Shown: positions 18,821 through 26,979 of the stretch, piece after piece | How positions within the stretch are numbered: the stretch's first letter is position 1 | Layout of the letters: every line of letters starts with the position of its first letter | Assembly: GCF_016127575.1 (NCBI RefSeq) | Contig: NZ_CP066020.1 | Coordinates: 90,001 to 122,000, forward strand | DNA from: Cupriavidus necator | GTDB taxonomy: Bacteria; Pseudomonadota; Gammaproteobacteria; Burkholderiales; Burkholderiaceae | Length of the DNA: 32,000 nucleotides | Direction of reading: 5' to 3' | Notes under the pieces: model-generated | Told to the model about the DNA's origin: nothing | Database searches by the model: none | The model's input: the letters and a program-made list of their open reading frames with translations, nothing else | Made by a program: the position numbers and the translations under genes

Positions 18821-18840
18821 AGAGCAACCCATTACCTGCC
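18809..18840. repeat. Perfect 12-nt inverted repeat (ggcaggtaatgg / ccattacctgcc) with an 8-nt spacer, at the head-to-head junction of the two IS91 fragments
   Basis: Direct reading. Each arm encodes the homologous I-T-C residues of its own copy. Confidence 0.9.
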
Positions 18841-19072
18841 GGCATCGCGCCTGCCCGAAGTGCCAGTCGCTCGCCCGCGCGCAATGGCTCGAACACCGGC
18901 AGGCTGAGCTGCTGCCCGAGGTCGAGTATTTCCATGTGGTCTTCACGGTGCCCGACCCCATCGCGGCGCTCGCCTATCAAAACAAGAATCTCTATGACAT
19001 CCTGTTCCGCACCAGCGCCGAAACCCTGCGCACGATCGCCGCCGATCCGAAACACCTGGGCGCCGAGATCGG
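18829..19072 (+). pseudogene. Second, diverged IS91-family transposase fragment in the opposite orientation
   Basis: PITCRHRACPKCQSLARAQWLEHRQAELLPEVEYFHVVFTVPDPIAALAYQNKNLYDILFRTSAETLRTIAADPKHLGAEIG. Similarity then stops, before the HTW/HUH region. Confidence 0.7.
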
Positions 19073-19455
19073 CGGCCAGACCTCATCGGGTCCTGCTCAT
19101 AGGTTCGTAGCCGCGATCGCCAACCAAAAAAACCCTCTCCTGCGGGAAATCCGCACGCTACGTTCTGTGGGAACCGGAGGCGGGTGACTGCCTCCGGTCA
19201 CCCGGTGCTCGGGGTGCGATTCCCCGGGTCTACTTACCAAATCGGCCGCGCACCCAATGAGAGGCGCTGGCACAAGCTTGCACAGACTTGCCCGCCAAGC
19301 GGAAGCAGCCTTGCCACATCGGCCGACCCAATGGCAATGCCGCTGCCACCCGCCGGATGGCCGTTCTGGAAACGGCTTGAGCGACGTCAAGAATTTCCTT
19401 TCTCGACAAGCACTTAGCCGGGCCTCCTGGTGGTTTCCCTTAGGCCCTGCGAAAT

Positions 19456-19471
19456 TGGCGCACATCCTGCG
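19456..19471 (+). promoter_or_regulatory. Sigma54 (-24/-12) type promoter upstream of hoxF (P_SH)
   Basis: TGGCGCACATCCTGCG, with GG at 19457-58 and GC at 19469-70 exactly 12 nt apart. It ends 64 nt upstream of the hoxF ATG. The SH operon of R. eutropha is known to be sigma54/HoxA dependent. Confidence 0.7.
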
Positions 19472-19534
19472 TTCCACCTGCGCATCGAAGTGACGCACCA
19501 AGCAAGGGGCGAACATTAGTAAGGAGGAGACAAC

Positions 19535-21343
19535 ATGGATAGTCGTATCACGACAATACTCGAGCGCTACCGCTCAGACCGTACACGGCTGATCGACATA
19601 CTTTGGGATGTTCAGCATGAGTATGGGCACATTCCCGATGCGGTACTGCCGCAACTGGGGGCTGGGTTGAAGCTGTCCCCGCTGGACATTCGCGAAACGG
19701 CGTCGTTCTACCACTTTTTCCTTGACAAGCCGTCGGGCAAGTATCGGATTTACTTGTGCAATTCCGTGATTGCCAAGATCAACGGCTATCAGGCGGTGCG
19801 TGAGGCGCTCGAACGCGAGACTGGGATTCGCTTCGGCGAAACCGACCCGAATGGGATGTTTGGCCTGTTCGACACCCCCTGTATCGGACTCAGCGATCAG
19901 GAACCGGCGATGCTGATCGATAAGGTGGTATTCACCCGCCTGCGACCCGGAAAGATCACGGACATCATCGCGCAGTTGAAACAAGGACGATCGCCGGCCG
20001 AGATCGCGAACCCGGCCGGTTTGCCCAGTCAGGACATCGCCTATGTCGATGCCATGGTCGAGTCCAATGTCCGCACCAAGGGGCCGGTGTTCTTCCGTGG
20101 CCGGACGGATTTGAGATCTTTGCTCGACCAATGCCTGCTGCTCAAGCCCGAACAAGTGATTGAGACCATCGTCGACTCCAGGCTGCGCGGACGTGGCGGC
20201 GCAGGGTTCTCGACCGGGCTGAAGTGGCGGCTGTGTCGGGATGCCGAAAGCGAGCAGAAGTATGTAATCTGCAACGCCGACGAAGGTGAGCCCGGCACGT
20301 TCAAGGATAGGGTCCTCCTGACACGCGCTCCCAAGAAGGTTTTCGTCGGAATGGTTATCGCCGCGTATGCGATCGGCTGCCGCAAGGGTATCGTCTATCT
20401 GCGGGGGGAATACTTCTACCTCAAGGATTATCTGGAGCGACAGCTTCAGGAACTTCGGGAGGACGGGTTGCTGGGGCGCGCTATCGGTGGCCGGGCGGGC
20501 TTTGATTTCGATATCCGTATTCAGATGGGGGCCGGCGCTTATATCTGCGGCGACGAATCGGCGCTCATCGAGTCCTGCGAGGGGAAACGGGGCACGCCAC
20601 GGGTGAAACCTCCGTTCCCGGTGCAGCAAGGGTATCTGGGCAAGCCCACCAGCGTCAACAACGTTGAGACCTTTGCCGCCGTGTCGCGGATCATGGAGGA
20701 AGGCGCGGACTGGTTCCGGGCGATGGGAACGCCAGACTCGGCCGGCACCCGGCTGCTGAGCGTGGCTGGCGATTGCAGCAAGCCTGGCATCTACGAGGTG
20801 GAATGGGGGGTCACCCTCAACGAAGTGCTGGCGATGGTCGGAGCGCGGGACGCGCGGGCCGTCCAGATCAGCGGTCCTTCCGGTGAATGCGTGTCGGTGG
20901 CAAAGGACGGTGAGCGCAAGCTCGCGTACGAAGATCTTTCGTGCAATGGCGCCTTCACCATTTTCAACTGCAAGCGCGACCTGCTGGAAATCGTGCGTGA
21001 CCACATGCAGTTCTTCGTCGAAGAGTCCTGCGGCATTTGTGTGCCATGTCGCGCCGGCAACGTTGATCTGCACCGGAAGGTCGAATGGGTCATCGCGGGC
21101 AAGGCCTGCCAGAAGGATCTGGACGATATGGTCAGTTGGGGAGCGCTGGTGCGGAGGACCAGTCGATGTGGCCTTGGGGCCACATCGCCCAAGCCCATCC
21201 TGACGACGCTGGAGAAATTCCCCGAGATCTATCAGAACAAGCTGGTGAGGCACGAGGGCCCGCTGCTGCCATCGTTCGATCTCGATACCGCCTTGGGCGG
21301 GTATGAGAAGGCGCTGAAGGATCTGGAAGAGGTGACAAGATGA
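19535..21343 (+). CDS. hoxF: NAD-reducing soluble hydrogenase, diaphorase subunit HoxF (NuoE+NuoF-like)
   Basis: TAAGGAGGAG SD. 602 aa. GRGGAGFSTGLKW and NADEGEPGTFKD (FMN/NADH site), ESCGICVPCR (4Fe-4S). The N-terminus MDSRITTILERYRSDRTRLIDILWDVQ matches what I remember for R. eutropha HoxF. Confidence 0.95.
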   Translation: MDSRITTILERYRSDRTRLIDILWDVQHEYGHIPDAVLPQLGAGLKLSPLDIRETASFYHFFLDKPSGKYRIYLCNSVIAKINGYQAVREALERETGIRFGETDPNGMFGLFDTPCIGLSDQEPAMLIDKVVFTRLRPGKITDIIAQLKQGRSPAEIANPAGLPSQDIAYVDAMVESNVRTKGPVFFRGRTDLRSLLDQCLLLKPEQVIETIVDSRLRGRGGAGFSTGLKWRLCRDAESEQKYVICNADEGEPGTFKDRVLLTRAPKKVFVGMVIAAYAIGCRKGIVYLRGEYFYLKDYLERQLQELREDGLLGRAIGGRAGFDFDIRIQMGAGAYICGDESALIESCEGKRGTPRVKPPFPVQQGYLGKPTSVNNVETFAAVSRIMEEGADWFRAMGTPDSAGTRLLSVAGDCSKPGIYEVEWGVTLNEVLAMVGARDARAVQISGPSGECVSVAKDGERKLAYEDLSCNGAFTIFNCKRDLLEIVRDHMQFFVEESCGICVPCRAGNVDLHRKVEWVIAGKACQKDLDDMVSWGALVRRTSRCGLGATSPKPILTTLEKFPEIYQNKLVRHEGPLLPSFDLDTALGGYEKALKDLEEVTR

Positions 21344-22044
21344 GCATTCAAATTACGATCGACGGCAAGACGCTCACGACCGAGGAAGGACGAACGCTGG
21401 TGGATGTTGCCGCAGAGAACGGCGTTTACATCCCGACGCTGTGCTACCTCAAGGACAAGCCCTGCCTCGGCACCTGCCGGGTGTGTTCGGTCAAGGTGAA
21501 TGGCAATGTCGCCGCGGCATGTACGGTGCGGGTCTCGAAGGGCCTGAATGTCGAGGTCAACGACCCCGAATTGGTCGACATGCGCAAGGCGCTGGTCGAA
21601 TTCCTGTTCGCGGAAGGCAACCACAACTGCCCGAGTTGCGAGAAGAGCGGCCGTTGCCAGTTGCAGGCGGTCGGCTACGAGGTGGACATGATGGTCTCGC
21701 GCTTTCCGTACCGGTTCCCGGTCCGCGTGGTGGACCACGCGTCCGAAAAGATCTGGCTCGAGCGGGATCGGTGCATCTTCTGTCAGCGCTGTGTCGAGTT
21801 CATCCGCGACAAGGCAAGCGGCCGGAAGATCTTCAGCATCAGCCATCGGGGTCCCGAGTCGCGCATCGAGATCGATGCCGAACTGGCGAACGCCATGCCG
21901 CCGGAGCAAGTCAAAGAGGCGGTTGCGATCTGCCCGGTGGGCACCATTCTCGAGAAACGGGTCGGTTATGACGATCCCATCGGACGACGCAAGTACGAAA
22001 TCCAGTCGGTGCGCGCACGCGCGCTGGAAGGAGAAGACAAATGA
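21340..22044 (+). CDS. hoxU: Diaphorase FeS subunit HoxU (NuoG N-terminal-like)
   Basis: ATGA overlap with hoxF. CYLKDKPCLGTCRVC (2Fe-2S), CPSCEKSGRCQLQ, CIFCQRCVEF. Confidence 0.95.
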   Translation: MSIQITIDGKTLTTEEGRTLVDVAAENGVYIPTLCYLKDKPCLGTCRVCSVKVNGNVAAACTVRVSKGLNVEVNDPELVDMRKALVEFLFAEGNHNCPSCEKSGRCQLQAVGYEVDMMVSRFPYRFPVRVVDHASEKIWLERDRCIFCQRCVEFIRDKASGRKIFSISHRGPESRIEIDAELANAMPPEQVKEAVAICPVGTILEKRVGYDDPIGRRKYEIQSVRARALEGEDK

Positions 22045-22670
22045 GAGCCCCCCACAAAGACGAGATTGCGTCGCACGAATTGCCTGCGACGCCGATGGAT
22101 CCGGCGCTGGCCGCGAACCGTGAAGGCAAGATCAAGGTGGCCACGATCGGTCTGTGCGGCTGCTGGGGGTGTACCTTGTCCTTTCTCGACATGGACGAGC
22201 GGCTCCTGCCGCTGTTGGAGAAAGTCACCCTCCTCCGCTCGTCGCTGACCGATATCAAACGAATTCCGGAGCGCTGTGCGATCGGCTTCGTGGAAGGTGG
22301 CGTCTCGAGCGAGGAGAACATCGAAACGCTGGAGCACTTTCGCGAGAACTGCGACATCCTGATTTCGGTCGGGGCGTGCGCGGTGTGGGGCGGTGTGCCG
22401 GCGATGCGCAACGTCTTCGAGCTGAAAGATTGTCTGGCAGAGGCTTATGTCAACTCGGCGACTGCCGTCCCGGGCGCCAAGGCCGTCGTTCCATTCCATC
22501 CCGATATCCCGAGGATCACCACCAAGGTCTACCCTTGTCATGAGGTGGTCAAGATGGATTATTTCATTCCGGGTTGTCCCCCGGATGGAGATGCCATCTT
22601 CAAGGTGCTGGACGATCTGGTGAATGGACGGCCATTCGATTTGCCGAGCTCGATCAATCGCTACGATTGA
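22041..22670 (+). CDS. hoxY: SH hydrogenase small subunit HoxY
   Basis: ATGA overlap with hoxU. GLCGCWGCTLSF, GACAVWGG, IPGCPP (proximal cluster ligands only). 209 aa. Confidence 0.95.
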   Translation: MRAPHKDEIASHELPATPMDPALAANREGKIKVATIGLCGCWGCTLSFLDMDERLLPLLEKVTLLRSSLTDIKRIPERCAIGFVEGGVSSEENIETLEHFRENCDILISVGACAVWGGVPAMRNVFELKDCLAEAYVNSATAVPGAKAVVPFHPDIPRITTKVYPCHEVVKMDYFIPGCPPDGDAIFKVLDDLVNGRPFDLPSSINRYD

Positions 22671-22687
22671 TTAACGGAGGGTTTGTT

Positions 22688-24154
22688 ATGAGCAGAAAAC
22701 TGGTTATCGACCCGGTGACCCGCATCGAGGGTCACGGCAAGGTGGTGGTGCACCTGGATGACGACAACAAGGTCGTCGACGCAAAGCTGCACGTCGTGGA
22801 GTTCCGGGGCTTTGAAAAGTTCGTTCAGGGCCATCCCTTCTGGGAGGCGCCGATGTTCCTGCAGCGCATCTGCGGCATCTGTTTCGTCAGTCACCATCTG
22901 TGCGGGGCCAAGGCGCTGGATGACATGGTCGGCGTCGGCTTGAAGTCCGGCATCCATGTCACCCCGACGGCGGAGAAAATGCGCCGGCTCGGCCACTACG
23001 CGCAGATGCTCCAGTCCCATACGACCGCCTATTTCTACCTGATCGTGCCGGAGATGCTGTTTGGCATGGACGCGCCGCCCGCACAGCGCAACGTGCTCGG
23101 CCTGATCGAGGCCAATCCCGACTTGGTGAAGCGCGTCGTGATGTTGCGCAAATGGGGACAGGAAGTCATCAAGGCGGTGTTCGGCAAGAAGATGCACGGC
23201 ATCAATTCGGTGCCGGGAGGCGTCAACAACAACCTGAGCATCGCCGAGCGCGACCGTTTCCTGAACGGGGAGGAGGGCCTTCTGTCGGTGGATCAGGTCA
23301 TCGATTACGCGCAGGATGGCCTGCGCCTGTTCTACGACTTCCATCAGAAACACCGGGCGCAGGTCGATAGTTTCGCGGACGTGCCCGCGCTCAGCATGTG
23401 CCTGGTCGGCGACGACGACAACGTGGACTACTACCACGGCAGGCTGAGGATCATCGACGACGACAAGCACATCGTCCGTGAATTCGACTATCACGACTAT
23501 CTGGATCATTTCTCCGAAGCGGTGGAGGAATGGAGCTACATGAAGTTCCCCTACCTCAAGGAGCTTGGGAGAGAGCAGGGATCGGTGCGCGTGGGGCCGC
23601 TTGGCCGCATGAACGTGACGAAGTCGCTCCCGACACCGCTCGCGCAGGAGGCGCTGGAACGGTTCCACGCCTACACGAAGGGGCGGACGAACAACATGAC
23701 GCTGCATACTAACTGGGCACGGGCCATCGAGATCCTCCACGCCGCGGAGGTGGTCAAAGAACTGCTGCATGACCCGGACCTGCAGAAGGATCAGCTGGTG
23801 TTGACACCGCCCCCCAATGCGTGGACAGGTGAAGGCGTCGGCGTGGTCGAAGCGCCACGCGGTACCTTGCTTCACCATTATCGTGCCGATGAGCGCGGCA
23901 ATATCACGTTCGCCAACCTGGTCGTCGCCACCACCCAGAACAACCAGGTCATGAATCGCACGGTGCGCAGCGTCGCCGAGGACTACCTGGGCGGACATGG
24001 CGAAATCACCGAGGGCATGATGAATGCCATCGAGGTGGGTATTCGCGCCTACGATCCATGCCTGAGCTGCGCGACACACGCCCTGGGGCAGATGCCGCTG
24101 GTGGTCTCGGTCTTTGACGCGGCGGGGCGCCTGATCGATGAACGCGCCCGCTGA
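22688..24154 (+). CDS. hoxH: SH [NiFe] large subunit HoxH
   Basis: GGAGG then ATG 22688 (MSRKLVIDPVTRIEGHG). RICGICFVSH and DPCLSCATH, followed by a 24-aa C-terminal extension. 488 aa. Confidence 0.95.
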   Translation: MSRKLVIDPVTRIEGHGKVVVHLDDDNKVVDAKLHVVEFRGFEKFVQGHPFWEAPMFLQRICGICFVSHHLCGAKALDDMVGVGLKSGIHVTPTAEKMRRLGHYAQMLQSHTTAYFYLIVPEMLFGMDAPPAQRNVLGLIEANPDLVKRVVMLRKWGQEVIKAVFGKKMHGINSVPGGVNNNLSIAERDRFLNGEEGLLSVDQVIDYAQDGLRLFYDFHQKHRAQVDSFADVPALSMCLVGDDDNVDYYHGRLRIIDDDKHIVREFDYHDYLDHFSEAVEEWSYMKFPYLKELGREQGSVRVGPLGRMNVTKSLPTPLAQEALERFHAYTKGRTNNMTLHTNWARAIEILHAAEVVKELLHDPDLQKDQLVLTPPPNAWTGEGVGVVEAPRGTLLHHYRADERGNITFANLVVATTQNNQVMNRTVRSVAEDYLGGHGEITEGMMNAIEVGIRAYDPCLSCATHALGQMPLVVSVFDAAGRLIDERAR

Positions 24155-24635
24155 GTTTCCCTATGTGACCCTTGCCGATTTCGATGATCCGTCGACGCTG
24201 ATCTACGGAATCGGCAACGTGGGTCGGCAGGACGACGGATTGGGGTGGGCTTTCATCGACCGACTGGAAGCGGAGTCCCTCTGCTCCGGGGCGGAGGTTC
24301 AGCGGCATTATCAGCTTCACCTCGAGGATGCCGACCTGATCAGCCGCAAGAGAAAGGTGTTGTTCATCGATGCCACGAAAGATGCGTCGGTGGCGTCATT
24401 CAGCCTGGAGCGCGCGGAACCACGGATGGACTTCAGCTTTACGTCGCACGCGATCTCGATTCCGTCGATCATGGCGACCTGCCAAAGGTGCTTTCAGTGC
24501 TTGCCGGAAGTCTATGTGCTGGCGATCCGGGGCTACGAGTGGGAGCTCCGCATGGGGCTGACACCGCAGGCACGGCATAACCTGGACGATGCGATCGCCC
24601 ATTTCTCGATGCGGGCCGAGCGTCAAACCTCGTGA
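24138..24635 (+). CDS. hoxW: HoxH-specific maturation endopeptidase HoxW
   Basis: Overlaps the hoxH end by 17 nt. Family signature LIYGIGNVGRQDDGLG. 165 aa. TGA at 24633-24635. Confidence 0.92.
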   Translation: MNAPAEFPYVTLADFDDPSTLIYGIGNVGRQDDGLGWAFIDRLEAESLCSGAEVQRHYQLHLEDADLISRKRKVLFIDATKDASVASFSLERAEPRMDFSFTSHAISIPSIMATCQRCFQCLPEVYVLAIRGYEWELRMGLTPQARHNLDDAIAHFSMRAERQTS

Positions 24636-24640
24636 AATCA
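24633..24640. repeat. Target-site duplication, left copy (tgaaatca; includes the hoxW stop codon)
   Basis: The identical 8-mer recurs at 25954-25961, immediately outside the other IS end. Confidence 0.85.
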
Positions 24641-25953
24641 GGCTCTTTTGAAAAATGAGTGGGTTATGCGGCATGCGGGTTGATCGCGGAGAAGTCGAGC
24701 TTTCCGGCGATCAGGAAGATCACGGTGCGCATGGTTTTGAAGCTCACATAACCGCGGGCCTTGCGCTTGGCGGCTTGGAACAGGCCGTTGAGCGCCTCCA
24801 GGAAGCCATTGGTCTGGCGCGTCTGGGTCCATGCAACGATACCGTCGAAATGCTTGCGGATCATGCGCGCGACCTCCTTCATTGGCTCGACCTTGGATCG
24901 CATGACGTTCGTGCACCACTGCTCGAGCATTGCGGAAACAACGTTGATCTGCTTGCGCTCAAGGATTTCGCGCAACTGCTCGCGATACAGCCAGGCACGG
25001 GCAGTGCGTTTGGTCGTGACGTTGGCGATCAACGCGTCGAGATCGGCACGCTGCGCGGCTGGCAACCCGTCGCGATCCTTGAGCAGCGTCCAGCGCAGGC
25101 CTTTGAGGCTTGGATCGGTCTTCTGTTCGATACGCCGGGTCTTGTCCACGGCTGCAGAAGCGTGAGCCACGACATGGAACTTGTCGAAGGTGATGCGCGC
25201 GTTGGGCAAATGCTCGCTGACGCCCTTGATGAACGCCGGCGACATGTCGATACTGACCACCCCGATCTGCTCAGGCGCAGCGTTGTTCTCGCGCAGATGT
25301 GCAGCGAACTTGCCAACCGTGGCAGCATCCTTGCCTTCGGTCACAAACACGACCTTACGCGCGTCGGCATCAGCGACAAGCGTCAGGTAGTTGTGACCGC
25401 GCCTGTAGGACGTTTCGTCAACGGCGGCAGCGGTCACGCCGGCCAGATCGAGTTCGGCCACCGCGAGGTCGACATAGCGCTCGCAGATAGCGTACACGCG
25501 ATGCCACGACTCACCCACCGTTCTGGCTACAGCAGAAAACGGCATCTGCTGCGCAAGCGCCACCACCATGGCTTCAAACAGCAACGTGAAGCCAGAGAGC
25601 TTGCCAGCCCAGTCCGGCTCGACCAACACCACGCGGCCGTCGGGAAGCTTCACGCGTGGCGTGCGGACTTCCAGATAGCAGTCGTGCTCGAAGAAGTTCA
25701 GGTGCCGATAGCGTTTGGTCACCGTGTCGTGAACCGGGTGCCCACCGGCGACCTCCGGGTGGGAAAAGCGGCTGCCGGCGACAAAGTCAATCTGGATCGT
25801 CAACGTCTTGGTTTGCGCGTTGAAGTCGACTTCCCGGACGAACCACGGATCGCTTATGCCAAGGGCTGCTTCAAACAGTTTGCTATGCATCGCTCTTGTT
25901 GCTCTTTACCTGAAACCCGCCACGATACCACCCACTTGAAATTCAAAAGAGGC
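24641..25953 (-). mobile_element. Complete ISL3-family insertion sequence, 1313 bp (fits my recollection of ISAE1)
   Basis: Terminal inverted repeats GGCTCTTTTGAA (24641-24652) and, as reverse complement of 25942-25953, GCCTCTTTTGAA, matching at 11 of 12 positions. Both then continue to ...GTGGGT. Flanked by an 8-bp direct repeat. Contains a single 408-aa transposase ORF. Confidence 0.9.
24664..25890 (-). CDS. ISL3-family transposase (408 aa)
   Basis: MHSKLFEAALGISDPWFVREVDFNAQTKTLTIQIDF...YRRGHNYLTLVADADARKVVFVTEGKDAATV... is typical of the ISL3 family (zinc-ribbon/HTH N-terminus, DDE core). It is oriented opposite to the hox operon. Confidence 0.9.
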   Translation of the reverse strand: MHSKLFEAALGISDPWFVREVDFNAQTKTLTIQIDFVAGSRFSHPEVAGGHPVHDTVTKRYRHLNFFEHDCYLEVRTPRVKLPDGRVVLVEPDWAGKLSGFTLLFEAMVVALAQQMPFSAVARTVGESWHRVYAICERYVDLAVAELDLAGVTAAAVDETSYRRGHNYLTLVADADARKVVFVTEGKDAATVGKFAAHLRENNAAPEQIGVVSIDMSPAFIKGVSEHLPNARITFDKFHVVAHASAAVDKTRRIEQKTDPSLKGLRWTLLKDRDGLPAAQRADLDALIANVTTKRTARAWLYREQLREILERKQINVVSAMLEQWCTNVMRSKVEPMKEVARMIRKHFDGIVAWTQTRQTNGFLEALNGLFQAAKRKARGYVSFKTMRTVIFLIAGKLDFSAINPHAA

Positions 25954-25961
25954 TGAAATCA
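25954..25961. repeat. Target-site duplication, right copy (tgaaatca)
   Basis: See the left copy at 24633-24640. Confidence 0.85.
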
Positions 25962-25978
25962 GTTAGAAGGAGAACGCG

Positions 25979-26482
25979 ATGAAAGAGCAGGAAATCGACA
26001 GGATCGCAACGATGATCTACGAGGCGCCTTTGGGCGAGTATATCGGCCGGGATGGCGCTGCCATTCTTGCCGAACACGCCGCGGAAGCACGCCTCCTCAA
26101 GGGCGATGAGTTTCTCTACCGGAGAGGAGATGTCACAAGCAGCTTTTATATCGTGACCGATGGGCGTTTGGCGCTGGTCAGGGAAAAAACCAATGAGCGC
26201 ACCGCGCCCATCGTGCATGTGCTGGAAAAGGGGGACCTGGTTGGCGAGCTGGGTTTTATCGATCAGACGCCGCATTCCTTATCGGTTCGTGCTCTGGGCG
26301 ACGCCGCCGTGCTCAGCTTCAGCGCGGAAAGCATCAAACCGCTGATCACCGAGCATCCGGAACTCATTTTCAACTTCATGCGCGCGGTGATCAAGCGCGT
26401 TCACCATGTCGTGGTGACTGTCGGGGAGCACGAGAGGGAGTTGCAAGAGTACATCTCGACGGGGGGGAGGGGACGGGGTTAG
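25979..26482 (+). CDS. hoxI: SH accessory subunit HoxI (cyclic-nucleotide-binding-domain protein)
   Basis: GAAGGAGA SD. 167 aa. cNMP-binding-like beta-barrel pattern (FLYRRGD...FYIVTDGRLALV...GDLVGELGFID). Its position downstream of hoxW matches the known SH operon. Confidence 0.88.
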   Translation: MKEQEIDRIATMIYEAPLGEYIGRDGAAILAEHAAEARLLKGDEFLYRRGDVTSSFYIVTDGRLALVREKTNERTAPIVHVLEKGDLVGELGFIDQTPHSLSVRALGDAAVLSFSAESIKPLITEHPELIFNFMRAVIKRVHHVVVTVGEHERELQEYISTGGRGRG

Positions 26483-26592
26483 TCACTCTCCGCGTCCAGC
26501 TGAAATGCAAAAAAGCATATCCCTCGAGCGCCAGCGACGTGCGTCCCGTCGAGTGGTACCTCAGCGCGTGACCGACATGGTAGGAGCCGATC

Positions 26593-26934
26593 ATGCATGA
26601 GATGTCGCTGGCCGTGGGTGTGCTGCAGATCGTCGAGGACGTGGCGCAGCGCGACGGTTTTTCCCGCGTAACGGCAGTACGGCTGGAGATCGGCCGGCTG
26701 TCCAGTATCGAGCCGGAAGCGCTGCGCTTCTGCTTCGAGGAGGTAGTGCGCGGCAGTGTGGCTGACGGCGCGCGGCTGGAGATCGTGGACACCCCCGGTG
26801 CCGGCTGGTGCCTGCACTGCAGCGAGACGGTGGCGATCGGAGCGCTGTACGATCCCTGCCCGCAGTGCGGCGGCTACCAGGTGCAGCCCACTGGCGGCAC
26901 GGAAATGCGCGTCATGGATCTGGAAGTGGCGTGA
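26593..26934 (+). CDS. hypA2: Nickel insertion protein HypA
   Basis: MHEMSLA N-terminus. Zn motif CLHCS...CPQCGG. 113 aa. Confidence 0.92.
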   Translation: MHEMSLAVGVLQIVEDVAQRDGFSRVTAVRLEIGRLSSIEPEALRFCFEEVVRGSVADGARLEIVDTPGAGWCLHCSETVAIGALYDPCPQCGGYQVQPTGGTEMRVMDLEVA

Positions 26935-26979
26935 CGGAAAGCGGAAGTCACGCGGAATAGAAGACGAGGAGACAGGATC

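Noticed and set aside
19210-19239. tRNA 3'-half-like string: cgggg-tgcgatt-ccccg (T-arm-like) followed by ggtctactt-acca. It could be an att-site remnant for the nearby integrase.
   Set aside because: The T-loop deviates from consensus (TGCGATT rather than TTCGAAT or TTCGATT). There are 10 nt rather than 8 between the T-stem and CCA. No convincing anticodon arm lies upstream (7-bp stem with an 8-nt loop). I cannot support it without a covariance-model scan.
19384-19396. Possible IHF site (gtcaagaatttc) between the unassigned upstream DNA and the sigma54 promoter.
   Set aside because: It matches only the TCAA-N4-TT core of WATCAANNNNTTR, which is too degenerate to call by eye.
24655-25956. 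433-aa + strand ORF spanning almost the entire ISL3 element, antisense to the transposase.
   Set aside because: It is the exactly in-phase antisense frame: both use triplets starting at positions congruent to 1 mod 3. Its stops would therefore require the sense codons TTA, CTA or TCA, which the transposase gene avoids. The translation has no recognisable domain, so it is most likely a codon-bias artefact.
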